The notes under the pieces are model-generated. The model had not been told where the DNA came from. It saw only the letters and a list, made by a program, of their open reading frames with translations, and ran no database searches. From positions 53,436-117,435 of the forward strand of contig CAYVAT010000002.1 in assembly GCA_964449165.1 (NCBI GenBank): a stretch of 64,000 bases of DNA. Direction: 5' to 3'. The stretch comes from an uncultured Eubacteriales bacterium (lineage in GTDB: Bacteria > Acidobacteriota > Aminicenantia > Aminicenantales > Aminicenantaceae). A program made the translations under genes and the position numbers. This document shows, piece by piece, positions 37,703-47,391 of the stretch (position 1 is its first letter; the number at the start of each line of letters is the position of its first letter).

Positions 37703-39015
37703 TGAAGGCCCAATCCAAATCCAAAGAAAAGCTCCCTCTTGGAAGCTAGAGTGAAGTCATCTATTCCCAAGAGGAGGTACAGATATTTGGAGACAGCATA
37801 TCTTGTCCACAATCTCAATTGGGGCCGCGGGCTGCGATTAAAATCAAATCCCTCAAAAGAAACCAGCAACCGATCCTGAAGAGCATAGACATCCACACCG
37901 GCTCCAACATTGGACTCCATAATACCAGCTCTGGGGGAGAACGCTCCCCACCGCACTCCCGCCTGTACTGAGTAGACAAATCGCTCCAGCCATGGGTCTC
38001 GAATGACCTGCCCCATGAGAAATTTATCCGAGGCCGGCCAGAGGCGAAAAGAGAGTGTGGGTTTCATCAATTGGCTCTCGCCATAATAATCGGCCCTCAA
38101 CCCCAGAGAAAAACGCAATTCAGAAAAGGGATGGATAACTCTCTGCATTTTGCCTACTGTCTCCTGTGCCTCTTGATAAAGATCTGGCTGCTGAATCAGC
38201 TTTCCCAGAGTTCCTTCTCCCTTGTTGATTCTCTCCAGTGACTCGTTCAACAGCTTCAAAGACTCCTCTGTCTTGCGAAGCAATTCTTTTATGCTTTTCA
38301 GGTTTATTTTGATTTCCTCTCTATTTTCCTGGACTGTATCCTTGAGGAGGCTGATCAGCTCATCCAGATTATGAGCAACTTCCTCCACCCTCTTATCGAA
38401 CTTCTGGATGGCCTGGGAAGGCATATTCAGGCTGCGGCTGATCTCATCCTTGTTCTCTCCCAAAATATCTTTCAGATCTGTTGTTAAGGCAGAGAGATTC
38501 TCCAGGGTCTCGCGGAAGTTCGTTTGAGACTCCTCGCTGCCGACAAGCCCTCTGATACCCTTTCCCGTCTCCTTGACTTCCTCGCCAATAGAAAGCAACA
38601 GAGTGCCGATCTGGTCAAAGCTGACCGGGGGGAGACCTTCGATGGCCTCTTGCGGCTGGTAATACTGCTGGCTTTCTCCAGGTAAGATCTCAATGTACTT
38701 CTCTCCCAAAAGCCCCAACGCTGCCAGGGTTGCTTGTGATCCCAAAGGGACCTTGATTTCCCGATCGATGATCATTTCCACTTGTGCTCGGTTTATCTCC
38801 AGCCGAATATCCTTTACATACCCTGCCTTAACACCAGCCATCCTCACCACAGCACGTTTCTCCAAACCGGCCACTGAATCAAAGTTGGCAAAGAGGGAAT
38901 ATCCTTTCTTCTGGAAAAACACGCTCATATCCCCGACGATGAAGATGAAAAGGGCTAGTATGACCAGAGCTGCGGCAATGAATATGCCGATTTTAAATTC
39001 CCTATTCATCAACAT
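37699..39015 (-). CDS. mlaD: MCE/MlaD family protein with long helical region
   Basis: EFKIGIF, FDSVAGL...VRMAGVKAG, LGLLGEKYIEILPG, GEGTLGKLI. The likely start is ~39009-39015. Confidence 0.88.
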   Translation of the reverse strand: MLMNREFKIGIFIAAALVILALFIFIVGDMSVFFQKKGYSLFANFDSVAGLEKRAVVRMAGVKAGYVKDIRLEINRAQVEMIIDREIKVPLGSQATLAALGLLGEKYIEILPGESQQYYQPQEAIEGLPPVSFDQIGTLLLSIGEEVKETGKGIRGLVGSEESQTNFRETLENLSALTTDLKDILGENKDEISRSLNMPSQAIQKFDKRVEEVAHNLDELISLLKDTVQENREEIKINLKSIKELLRKTEESLKLLNESLERINKGEGTLGKLIQQPDLYQEAQETVGKMQRVIHPFSELRFSLGLRADYYGESQLMKPTLSFRLWPASDKFLMGQVIRDPWLERFVYSVQAGVRWGAFSPRAGIMESNVGAGVDVYALQDRLLVSFEGFDFNRSPRPQLRLWTRYAVSKYLYLLLGIDDFTLASKRELFFGFGLGLQ

Positions 39016-39056
39016 TTCCTCGTCAACAAAATGCCCTTTTCTTTTACCACGTTCCT

Positions 39057-39806
39057 CTACCAATTGACAATAGGCCCTGCGGCACGGCCGTGGATGAATT
39101 GCTGGATCACTGGATTTTGAGTCTTCCTGATCTCATCAGGGGTTCCGATCTCGATGATTCTTCCCTCATGGAGCATAGCAATCCTGTCGGCAACCTTATA
39201 AGAACTCTTCATATCATGAGTGATTGTCACCGAGGTCACCCCCATTTCTTTCTTCATCATGTTGATCAAGTCGTTAATGGCATCAGCCCGGATGGGATCA
39301 ATTCCTGTAGAAGGCTCATCATAAAGTATGATTTCTGGATTATAGGCAATCGCCCGGGCCAATCCTACTCTTTTCTTCATCCCTCCGCTGAGTTCATGGG
39401 GCATAAGGCTCTCCACTCCCCGAAGGCCCACCTTGGCCAGGCTCTCCATGACCAATTCATTGATCTTCTGAGGGGGAAAATTCATGTACCTCTCCAGGCC
39501 AAACCCAACATTCTGGGCCACAGTCATGGAGTCGAAAAGGGCTGAGCCTTGAAAAAGCATACCAAACTTGCGGGTCACCTTGTGAAGCTCAGTCTCTTTG
39601 AGCCGAGTGATCTCCGCTCCATCAATATAGACTTCCCCTCGATCAGGTTTAATCAATCCGATAAGGTGTTTGATTAAAACGCTCTTTCCTGAACCGCTCT
39701 GGCCGATAATGACCATGGTCTCCCCGCGTTCGATCTCCAGGTTTACGCCACGCAGCACTTTGTTGGATCCAAAAGATTTGTGAAGGTCAACGATACGAAT
39801 CATCAT
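39057..39806 (-). CDS. mlaF: MlaF-type ABC ATPase
   Basis: GQSGSGKS, LFQGSALFDSM, LSGGMKKRVGLARA, DEPSTGIDP. Confidence 0.92.
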   Translation of the reverse strand: MMIRIVDLHKSFGSNKVLRGVNLEIERGETMVIIGQSGSGKSVLIKHLIGLIKPDRGEVYIDGAEITRLKETELHKVTRKFGMLFQGSALFDSMTVAQNVGFGLERYMNFPPQKINELVMESLAKVGLRGVESLMPHELSGGMKKRVGLARAIAYNPEIILYDEPSTGIDPIRADAINDLINMMKKEMGVTSVTITHDMKSSYKVADRIAMLHEGRIIEIGTPDEIRKTQNPVIQQFIHGRAAGPIVNW

Positions 39807-40588
39807 TTTATAGTCGCTGGGAGGAACTTGCTGAGAAAAAAATTGACGATCAAGATACTGATGCTGGAGAGAACCACAGTCCGGGTGGTTGCCCGCCCCA
39901 CCCCTTCTGCTCCGCCCTCAGCCCTCAATCCTTGCCAGCAGCCGATAATAGCGATGATAACTCCGAAAACCGCTGATTTAACGAGGCCGCTGACCACATC
40001 CCATAATTCGAGATAGAGAAGCGTATTCTTGAGATAGATAATCCTGTTGACTCCCATGATAAACACATTATAGATAAAGCCCGCAGCGATTCCGATGATA
40101 TCTCCATAGAGAGTCAGCAAAGGAAGCATGATAAAACAGGCCATAATCCTGGGTACAACCAGATACTTGTTAGGATCAGCGCCCAGGGTAAAGAGTGCAT
40201 CGACCTGCTCGGTAATCTTCATGGTCCCGATTTCTGCAGCCATGGCTGACCCGACTCTTCCTGAAACCATCAGACCCACCAGTATGGGGATGAGTTCTTT
40301 AGAGAGACCGAGGGAAATTATGGGCCCTCCAAAAGCCTCTGATCCTGGCCCCACATACCGGTGAAAACCGATGTATGTCTGGAGTCCGAACACAAGCCCG
40401 CCAAAAGCGGCGGTCAAAGAGACTACAGGCAACGAGCGGACCCCTACCTCCTCCATCTGCTGGAGGAATATTTTCTTTTCCCATGGCTTCCGAAAAATAT
40501 TTTTGAAGCTCTTAAGGGTTAAGAGTCCCAATTCCCCCAGCTGCTGGAAAAATAGATACAGAAGAAAAGGCCTCTGTCGATTGGACAT
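39803..40588 (-). CDS. mlaE: MlaE-type ABC permease
   Basis: GVRSLP, KELIP, GRVGSAMAAEIGTMKITEQVDA, GAEGVGRATT. Confidence 0.92.
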   Translation of the reverse strand: MSNRQRPFLLYLFFQQLGELGLLTLKSFKNIFRKPWEKKIFLQQMEEVGVRSLPVVSLTAAFGGLVFGLQTYIGFHRYVGPGSEAFGGPIISLGLSKELIPILVGLMVSGRVGSAMAAEIGTMKITEQVDALFTLGADPNKYLVVPRIMACFIMLPLLTLYGDIIGIAAGFIYNVFIMGVNRIIYLKNTLLYLELWDVVSGLVKSAVFGVIIAIIGCWQGLRAEGGAEGVGRATTRTVVLSSISILIVNFFLSKFLPATIK

Positions 40589-40589
40589 T

Positions 40590-41945
40590 TCAGGCTTCAA
40601 AAGAGCGGTACTCCATATCTGCAAAACGTGCGTACTCTCTGATGAAGGCCAGGCCGATCCTGCCAGTGGGGCCGTTTCTCTGTTTGGCTACGTTAATTTC
40701 AGCAATCCCTCTCAACGATTCATCTTGAGGCCGATAAAGCTCTGCCCGATAGATGAAGATGACCACATCGGCATCCTGTTCTATGGCCCCCGATTCTCTC
40801 AAATCAGAAAGTTGCGGGATGGGCTCTCGCCTCCCTTTCTCCGGAGCCCGGCTAAGCTGGGAGATCCCCACCACCGGAATCTGCAGTTCTTTGGAAAGCT
40901 CCTTTAATGAGCGGGATATATAAGAAATCTCCTGCGTCCTGTTCTCAAAACGTCCCCCGGCACGCATGAGTTGAATATAATCGACAAAGAGCAGATCGAG
41001 GCTCTGTTCCATCTTGAGCCTCCTTGCTTTAGCTTTCATCTCCATCACGGTCAAAGCGGCAGACTCATCTAAGAAGATCTTTGCTCGCGAGAGGGATTCA
41101 GCACTCAGTTTGAGCCTCTCGAATTCTCTGTCGCCGATAAAACCTGTTCTCACCTTTTTTATGTCCAGCTGGGCCTCGCCACAAAGAAGCCGGATCACAA
41201 TCTGTTCTTTGGCCATCTCCATGGAGAAAAAGCCCACAGAAAAGTCGGTCTTCGCTCCCACATAATGAGATATATTCAGGCCCAGAGCCGTCTTTCCCAT
41301 GGAAGGACGAGCAGCGATGACGATAAACTCGGAATTGTGGAAACCAGAAGTCAAACTGTCCAGGTCACGAAATCCGGTAGGAATTCCAGTGACCGCTTCT
41401 TTCCGATCATGAAGAGCCCGAATCATCTCCAAGGCGGGCTCTGTCAGCGTTCCCACCTTGACAAATCCAGGCTTTATCCTCTGTTCTGCCACTTCTATGA
41501 TCGCCGCCTGAGCTTCATCGAGAAGTTGATCAGCATCCTCTTTTTGCTCGTAACTGGAGGAAATAATCTTTGCTGAAGAAAGGATCAAGCGCCGGAGGAG
41601 GGACTTCTCTTTAATGATCTGGGCATGATATTCTATATTTAAGCTCTTGGGCACTCCATCCATAAGGGACGATAGATATGCGGCGCCTCCTACTTCCTCA
41701 AGAGTCCCGGCCCTCTGTAGCTCTTCGCTCAGAGAGAGCAAATCCACAGGTACGCCTTTATCCACAAGGGCGATGATCTTCTCAAGGATCTTCTGGTTAA
41801 TTTCTTTATAGAAATCCTGAGGCGAAATGATGGAAAGGACCACATTGAGATTTCTATCATTAACCAGAATCCCGCCCAGAACTGTTTTTTCTGCTTCAGG
41901 GCTATGAGGAGGTGTCTTCTTGAGAAACATCAGATCGAGTTCCAT
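40590..41945 (-). CDS. dnaB: Replicative DNA helicase
   Basis: PPHSPEAE, AARPSMGKT, VDYIQLM, SQLSR, LSDLRESGAIEQDAD, KQRNGPTG. Confidence 0.98.
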   Translation of the reverse strand: MELDLMFLKKTPPHSPEAEKTVLGGILVNDRNLNVVLSIISPQDFYKEINQKILEKIIALVDKGVPVDLLSLSEELQRAGTLEEVGGAAYLSSLMDGVPKSLNIEYHAQIIKEKSLLRRLILSSAKIISSSYEQKEDADQLLDEAQAAIIEVAEQRIKPGFVKVGTLTEPALEMIRALHDRKEAVTGIPTGFRDLDSLTSGFHNSEFIVIAARPSMGKTALGLNISHYVGAKTDFSVGFFSMEMAKEQIVIRLLCGEAQLDIKKVRTGFIGDREFERLKLSAESLSRAKIFLDESAALTVMEMKAKARRLKMEQSLDLLFVDYIQLMRAGGRFENRTQEISYISRSLKELSKELQIPVVGISQLSRAPEKGRREPIPQLSDLRESGAIEQDADVVIFIYRAELYRPQDESLRGIAEINVAKQRNGPTGRIGLAFIREYARFADMEYRSFEA

Positions 41946-41977
41946 TTCTCTTTCCTACCTCCAAAAATAGATTCAGC

Positions 41978-42652
41978 CTATTCTGGCTTTTCCTCGTCTA
42001 TCTCTATCTTCTCTTCCTCGGTTTTCTTTTCCTCTTTTTTCCTTCTCTTCTTTTTCTCGACTTTGGCCTCTTCGATTACCTGCGGCTTTTCTTTCTCTTT
42101 TCTCTCAGCCTTTTCCTCTGGTTCCTTTTCAGCAACTTTTTCTTCCTTCTCCTCTGCATGCTCCTTCTTCTCCTCCACAGGAGGGGCCTTTTTCTCTTTT
42201 GCAGAATCTTCCTCGCTGAGGACTTCTATCTTTACCTCTGACTTTTCATCATGAAAGACTTTGACGGGGACAGTGTAATTACCCAACCTCTTGATTGGTT
42301 CTTCTAACAGAATCTTCTTCTTGTCAACCTCCATCCCTCTCTCAGCCAAAACCTCTCTAATGTCTGCAGCGCTCACTGAGCCAAAAATAACATCTTTCTC
42401 CGCTGTTTTTCTGACGAAGGTCAATCGTGTCTCGTTAAGCTTCTCGATGATTGTCTGATGTGATATCCTCTCCAGTTCGTACCTTTTTCTCAACGCCTGC
42501 TGTTCCATCTCTATCATCTTCATGTTTGATGGCGTAACCTGGAGAGCCAGTCTTTTTGGAATGAGATAATTCCTTCCGTATCCTGCTGCAACGTCGACAA
42601 TGTCTCCTTTTTTCCCTAAATTCTCGATGTTTTCTCTCAGAATAACTCTCAT
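41978..42652 (-). CDS. rplI: 50S ribosomal protein L9 with ~75-aa charged C-terminal tail
   Basis: MRVILRE...LGKKGD...GYGRNYLIP, FGSVS, IKRLG. Confidence 0.97.
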   Translation of the reverse strand: MRVILRENIENLGKKGDIVDVAAGYGRNYLIPKRLALQVTPSNMKMIEMEQQALRKRYELERISHQTIIEKLNETRLTFVRKTAEKDVIFGSVSAADIREVLAERGMEVDKKKILLEEPIKRLGNYTVPVKVFHDEKSEVKIEVLSEEDSAKEKKAPPVEEKKEHAEEKEEKVAEKEPEEKAERKEKEKPQVIEEAKVEKKKRRKKEEKKTEEEKIEIDEEKPE

Positions 42653-42680
42653 CTTCCTTCTCCGCTCGAAGACAAAAATT

Positions 42681-42938
42681 TCAGTCCGCGATGAAAGGAA
42701 GCAAGGCCAGTAACCTCGCTTTTTTTATAGCTGTGGAGAGCTTTCTCTGATGGAAGGCACAGGTCCCGGTCATTCGTCGCGGTGCTATCTTCCCCCTGTC
42801 TGCCACATACCTCTTCAGAATATCCACATTCTTGTAGTCGATTTCCTTTACATTTCTCTCGCAAAAGCGACAGGTTTTTTTCCTAGGAGGAAAGTATCTC
42901 CTGGCTGAAGTCCTCTCGCTTCTTTGTTCTCTAGCCAT
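42681..42938 (-). CDS. rpsR: 30S ribosomal protein S18 (Zn-binding form)
   Basis: [38 protein letters not shown]. Confidence 0.98.
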   Translation of the reverse strand: MAREQRSERTSARRYFPPRKKTCRFCERNVKEIDYKNVDILKRYVADRGKIAPRRMTGTCAFHQRKLSTAIKKARLLALLPFIAD

Positions 42939-42941
42939 TGT

Positions 42942-43349
42942 CTATTCCTCCTTAGCTTCTTCATCCGAAGAGGATTCTTTTTGTGCTACCGAGTCTTCTG
43001 CTTTTGCAGAAGCCTCTTCTTCCTTTATGGTAGGCTTCATCTTCTTCCTCCGGATATTCTCTCTGGTTTCCTTCCTAACAGTCAAGTAACGGATGACTGT
43101 ATCAGCCTGTTTGAACCGCCTTTCTAGCTCTGCAGGAATTTCTGATTCACCTTCATAGCGAAACAGAACATAGAAGGCTTCCTCAAACTTACTGATGGAA
43201 TAGGCGAGTTTTCTCTTCCCCCATTCTTCTTTATCGACCATCTTGCCCTTTTTCTTGGCTATGACATCTGCCATCTGAGTAATGAGGCCTTTTGTTTCTT
43301 CTTCAGTAAGGTTGGGGGAAATCAGAAAAACTGTTTCGTATTCTCTCAT
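42942..43349 (-). CDS. rpsF: 30S ribosomal protein S6
   Basis: MREYETVFL, WGKRKLAYSI, VIRYL. Confidence 0.98.
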   Translation of the reverse strand: MREYETVFLISPNLTEEETKGLITQMADVIAKKKGKMVDKEEWGKRKLAYSISKFEEAFYVLFRYEGESEIPAELERRFKQADTVIRYLTVRKETRENIRRKKMKPTIKEEEASAKAEDSVAQKESSSDEEAKEE

Positions 43350-43354
43350 CTTAA

Positions 43355-43401
43355 CCTCCTTATGGATTCAAGCTCCTTCTTCAAATAAAAGGAACAAGGG
43401 G
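43355..43401 (-). promoter_or_regulatory. Putative S6:S18 autogenous leader
   Basis: Minus strand ccccttg-ttcctttt-atttg-aagaaggagc-ttgaatCCAt-aaggagg: an inner hairpin, an outer CCTT/AAGG stem that sequesters the SD, and a CCR in the 3' loop. This matches the known rpsF leader layout. Confidence 0.55.
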
Positions 43402-43450
43402 TTCCCTCATAAAAGGGAAGAGTACCTTTCTGTTTAGAGATACTCTTTAT

Positions 43451-44053
43451 TCAATGGAGAGCAGGCTCTGAAGAAGCCTGCCTCCCTCTCCTTTTTCTAT
43501 TATACACATTCATGGCTTTCTCTGCCTCGCCAGAAAGTACAAGGTCGAGAGCCTCTCGGGCAAGCTTTAAGCTCTGTTCAAGATAAGGTCCCTCTTCTTT
43601 GTGAAAAGTGGAAAGGACAAAATCAACCCTATCCCCAGCAGAATCTGTGGCTCCTATTCCAATCCTTATTCTCGGGAATTGTGTGGTTTGAATCTCTTCT
43701 ATGATAGAGGACATTCCTTTATGGGTTCCTGCTCCACCCTCTTTTCTGACCCTTATTTCTCCCAAAGGAATATCCAGGTCATCATAAACAACCACCAGAT
43801 TCTCTGGTCTCACTCCCCCTTCTTTGACTATACTCTTGACTGCAATGCCACTCCGATTCATATGAGTCTGGGGCATAGCCAGAAGCATCCTTTCTTTTCC
43901 TCTCTCTACAACACAAGTCTTGGAGAAAAAACTTCTCTTCTTCAAACGAACCTTCCAATCCTTAGCCAAGTTTCGCACAAAAAGGAATCCTACATTGTGT
44001 CGAGTTCTGGAATAGCGCTTTCCTGGATTTCCCAGCCCAACAACAGCCCACAC
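43451..44053 (-). CDS. pth: Peptidyl-tRNA hydrolase
   Basis: GLGNPG..Y..TRHNVGF, PQTHMNRSG, YDDLDIP, THKG, RIRIGIG. Confidence 0.97.
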   Translation of the reverse strand: MWAVVGLGNPGKRYSRTRHNVGFLFVRNLAKDWKVRLKKRSFFSKTCVVERGKERMLLAMPQTHMNRSGIAVKSIVKEGGVRPENLVVVYDDLDIPLGEIRVRKEGGAGTHKGMSSIIEEIQTTQFPRIRIGIGATDSAGDRVDFVLSTFHKEEGPYLEQSLKLAREALDLVLSGEAEKAMNVYNRKRRGRQASSEPALH

Positions 44054-44056
44054 ATG

Positions 44057-44743
44057 TCACTCCTTCTTCTTTTCTTCCTGTTCCTCCACCTTCTCTTCCC
44101 CCTCTTCAACCTTCTCCTTCTTGATGACTTCGGGTTCTTCTTCCTCGCCGATGATTTCTTCTTCCTCCTCTTCCACAACCTCTTCTTCTGCTTGTGGGGG
44201 TTCAATATGGACGATTACAGTATTAGGATCTGCTAAGATCTCCACCCCCTCAGGCGGGCTGAGATCTTCGATTTTCAAAGATTGGTTAAGATGGAGATCG
44301 CTTATGTCGATTGCGATGTGTTCAGGGATATCCTTGGGGAGACATTCAACCTCCACCTCTCGGGTAACTACGTCTACAAATCCTCCTTCTGTTTTAACTC
44401 CGATCGCCTCCCCCTCAAAAAGGAGAGGCACAGAAACTTCAATCGTCTTATCCATGGCAATTTGGATGAAATCTGTGTGCAGTATTTCATCCGAGACAGG
44501 ATCCCTCTGGATCTCTTTGATCATAGCGTCTGTTGTCTTGGAATCGAAAGAAACCTTGAATATTGTATTTTCTCCAGATTCAGATTTTAAAATCTTGAAC
44601 AGATCTTTCTTCTCTATGATTAGGGGGATAGTATCAGTATCCGCTCCGTAGAGAATGACGGGGATTCTTCCTTCTTTTCTCAAGCGTCGGGCTGCATTCT
44701 TTCCAAAAACATCCCTCTTTTCAGCCTTGATGTTTATATTCAT
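44057..44743 (-). CDS. rplY: 50S ribosomal protein L25 (long CTC form)
   Basis: GKNAARRLRKEGRIPVILYG, QRDPV, LHTDF, EEEPEVIKKEK tail. Confidence 0.96.
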   Translation of the reverse strand: MNINIKAEKRDVFGKNAARRLRKEGRIPVILYGADTDTIPLIIEKKDLFKILKSESGENTIFKVSFDSKTTDAMIKEIQRDPVSDEILHTDFIQIAMDKTIEVSVPLLFEGEAIGVKTEGGFVDVVTREVEVECLPKDIPEHIAIDISDLHLNQSLKIEDLSPPEGVEILADPNTVIVHIEPPQAEEEVVEEEEEEIIGEEEEPEVIKKEKVEEGEEKVEEQEEKKKE

Positions 44744-44756
44744 AATCTCATCCTCC

Positions 44757-45704
44757 TCACACGAATAAAGAGCTTACTGACTGTCCTTCGTGAATCCTCC
44801 TTATGGCCTCTCCAAATAGAGATGCCACTGAGAGGAGGACAATCTTTTGACAATGGCTGACATTCTCTCTCAAAGGAATGGTGTTGGTCAGGATCAACTT
44901 CTCTATCTCTGAGTCTTCAATCTTATCCACCGCAGTGCCGGATAAAACGGCATGAGTACAGGCCGCAAGTACCTTTCCAGCGCCGGCTTTTTTCAAGGCC
45001 TCGACGGTGCTCACCAGTGTTCCTCCTGTATCCACCATATCATCCAGAATGACTGTGTCACAACCCTTTACTTTGCCAATGACATGGATCACTCGGGCAA
45101 CATTTGGAGCTGGTCTGCGCTTGTCGATGATAGCAAGTCTTGCTTCAATCCTTTTGGCAAACATCCTTGCTCTTCCTACTCCCCCCGCATCAGGAGAAAT
45201 AACCGTCAATTCTTTCAGGGCGAGACTCTGGATATGATTGGCCAGCACTGGGGCTGCTACCAAATTATCGACCGGGATGGAAAAAAACCCTTGTATTTGG
45301 GGCGAATGCAGATCCATGGTTAAAACTCTGTCTGCTCCTGATGCTTCCAAGAGATCAGCAACCAGCCGAGCAGAGATTGGAACTCGAGGTCTATCCTTCC
45401 AATCTTGACGCGCATAGCAATAGTAGGGGATGACGGCAGTGATCCTTCCGGCAGAAGCCCGCTTGAAAGCATCGATCATAAGAAAAAGTTCCATCATATG
45501 AAAATTTGAGTCGAACGAGCCGGATTGGATCACAAAAACATCTTCACCCCTGACATTCTCATCGATATAAAAATGAATCTCTCCATCGCTGAACTTCTCC
45601 AAAACACATTTTCCTAGATCGATCTCTAAGTAGCTAGCAATTTCTCCAGCTAAAGCCTTGTTCGATGATCCTGAAAAAATTTTCATTCTTCCATCCTCAT
45701 TCAC
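44757..45704 (-). CDS. prs: Ribose-phosphate pyrophosphokinase
   Basis: FSDGEI, PYYCYARQD, MDLHSPQIQGFF, SPDAGGV, DDMVDTGGT. Confidence 0.98.
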   Translation of the reverse strand: MNEDGRMKIFSGSSNKALAGEIASYLEIDLGKCVLEKFSDGEIHFYIDENVRGEDVFVIQSGSFDSNFHMMELFLMIDAFKRASAGRITAVIPYYCYARQDWKDRPRVPISARLVADLLEASGADRVLTMDLHSPQIQGFFSIPVDNLVAAPVLANHIQSLALKELTVISPDAGGVGRARMFAKRIEARLAIIDKRRPAPNVARVIHVIGKVKGCDTVILDDMVDTGGTLVSTVEALKKAGAGKVLAACTHAVLSGTAVDKIEDSEIEKLILTNTIPLRENVSHCQKIVLLSVASLFGEAIRRIHEGQSVSSLFV

Positions 45705-45747
45705 CCCTTACCTCAAGGGAAAAAGAATCTCTTTTTTTTTCTTGTAA

Positions 45748-45819
45748 CTGGGGTGGGAGGATTCGAACCTCCGAATGGCGGATCCAAAGTCCGCTGCCTT
45801 ACCGCTTGGCTACACCCCA
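45748..45819 (-). tRNA. tRNA-Gln(UUG), CCA not encoded
   Basis: TGGGGTGTAGCCAAGCGGTAAGGCAGCGGACTTTGGATCCGCCATTCGGAGGTTCGAATCCTCCCACCCCAG; U1-A72 pair, anticodon TTG, TTCGAA T-loop. Confidence 0.97.
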
Positions 45820-46679
45820 GCATTTAGCTCTTTCCAATAGCGATTTCGCGGTAGGGTCTCCACTAAGAACGCGGGGTTATCCCTTATAAGTTCCTTGGCT
45901 ACCTTTTTGGCTCTCTCCACCCCAGAGAAAAGGCCAAAAACAGCAGAGCCTGTTCCGCTGATCAATGACAGCTCTGATCCTTGACTCTGGAAAAGGTTCT
46001 TGATGACTTTTAATTGAGGATGTAAAGTAAAAACTGTTTCTTCTAAACTGTTTTCCAGTAAGTCAAACTCTCGCTGTTCTAAAAACCTGATAATTTTACT
46101 TTCTTTAATTGTGGAAGTCAAGGAAGGCTGATAGCGCTGATATATGGAGGCTGTGGGTACGGAAATAGGAGGCGAGATCAGGACACAAAAAAGGGGTTCC
46201 AGATCCGGAAGGACCGTTATTTCATCTCCCCTTCCTAATCCCAAACAAAGACCTCCTTCAAAAAAATAAGGGACATCTGCTCCAATCTCTTTGCCTAGAG
46301 CCATCAAGTCTTTCTTATCCAAACCAAGTTCCCATATTCTGTTCAAGGCGTAGAGTGTCATGGCGGCGTTTGAACTTCCGCTGCCCAATCCTCTTCCAGC
46401 AGGCACTCGTTTTGTCACCTGGATCTTTACTCCTCGAGACCGAATGTATTTCTCCCTTAAAATGCTGGCCGCTTTGAAAATAAGGTTGTCTCTGCTCCAA
46501 GGAATGGAAGGGTCATCGCCATCTAAAAGAATATCATCAGAGCGGATTTCGATGAACTCAAGGTCATCATACAGATTGATGCTCTGGAAAAGAGTCCTAA
46601 TTTCATGGTAGCCGTTTTTTCTTTTTCTCAGGACCTCTAATCCGAGGTTTACCTTGGCGAAGGATCGAATTCTCATCAT
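45810..46679 (-). CDS. ispE: 4-diphosphocytidyl-2-C-methyl-D-erythritol kinase
   Basis: AKVNLGL, YHEIRTLFQ, VPAGRGLGSGSSNAA, GADVP, SGTGSAVFG. The likely start is 46679. Confidence 0.96.
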   Translation of the reverse strand: MMRIRSFAKVNLGLEVLRKRKNGYHEIRTLFQSINLYDDLEFIEIRSDDILLDGDDPSIPWSRDNLIFKAASILREKYIRSRGVKIQVTKRVPAGRGLGSGSSNAAMTLYALNRIWELGLDKKDLMALGKEIGADVPYFFEGGLCLGLGRGDEITVLPDLEPLFCVLISPPISVPTASIYQRYQPSLTSTIKESKIIRFLEQREFDLLENSLEETVFTLHPQLKVIKNLFQSQGSELSLISGTGSAVFGLFSGVERAKKVAKELIRDNPAFLVETLPRNRYWKELNAGV

Positions 46680-47365
46680 CTCCTCTCGTTCATCATTTCC
46701 TCGATTTCCTCCCAAGTCCTGAGCCGGTAATTCTTCAAGAAGTGCAAAGAAAAAACCTCTTTTTTCACAGGATTATTGAACTTAAGTTTGAGGATGGTGA
46801 TCCGTCCTTGACTCGCAAGATGATGAAAGGCAAGACGACGGGCCACGCCTGTATTTTTGAAGAATTCTATAACCTCAAACTCAAGATCTCCCCGGTGCCC
46901 TCTCTTTATCCTTCCTGATTGATCCCTCTCAAGAAACCATTCTTCTCGTCCATAATCACCGTTCTTCTCTTCCTCCCTTTTCCATTGTCCGCTTAGGATG
47001 CTCACTAGCTCGTCGAGCCTCAACTCAAATCCAAGGAATTTATCGATAATCTCCCCCTCTTCTCCTCTCCAATAGACCTTCTTGGATGGAACAATAAAGA
47101 AAGACTCTCCTTCCTGGATGATGATCTGATAAAGAGTTTTGCCTAAGATACTTGAGACATCGATGCGGCCCTGATTGGGGAGTTGAAAAAGGAAAGAAAA
47201 TTTTGACTTCGCTGTACCATGTTCGTTGCTTGTCCTTAAAGAGGCATAGCCCTCCATTCTTCTTATCTCGGAAGGCGGTGGGGATATCCTGACTTGGGGG
47301 ATAGTGCAGCTTAGGCCCAAGAACAAGGCCACCAGAGTCAACAGCCAAGGCTTCTGCAACCCCAT
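46676..47365 (-). CDS. Lipoprotein, probable LolB-like/DUF4292 fold
   Basis: Lipobox LGLSC; beta-rich; occupies the lolB position immediately upstream of ispE. Confidence 0.65.
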   Translation of the reverse strand: MGLQKPWLLTLVALFLGLSCTIPQVRISPPPSEIRRMEGYASLRTSNEHGTAKSKFSFLFQLPNQGRIDVSSILGKTLYQIIIQEGESFFIVPSKKVYWRGEEGEIIDKFLGFELRLDELVSILSGQWKREEEKNGDYGREEWFLERDQSGRIKRGHRGDLEFEVIEFFKNTGVARRLAFHHLASQGRITILKLKFNNPVKKEVFSLHFLKNYRLRTWEEIEEMMNERR

Positions 47366-47391
47366 TCTCCTCCTCAGGCCCGCATCAGTGT

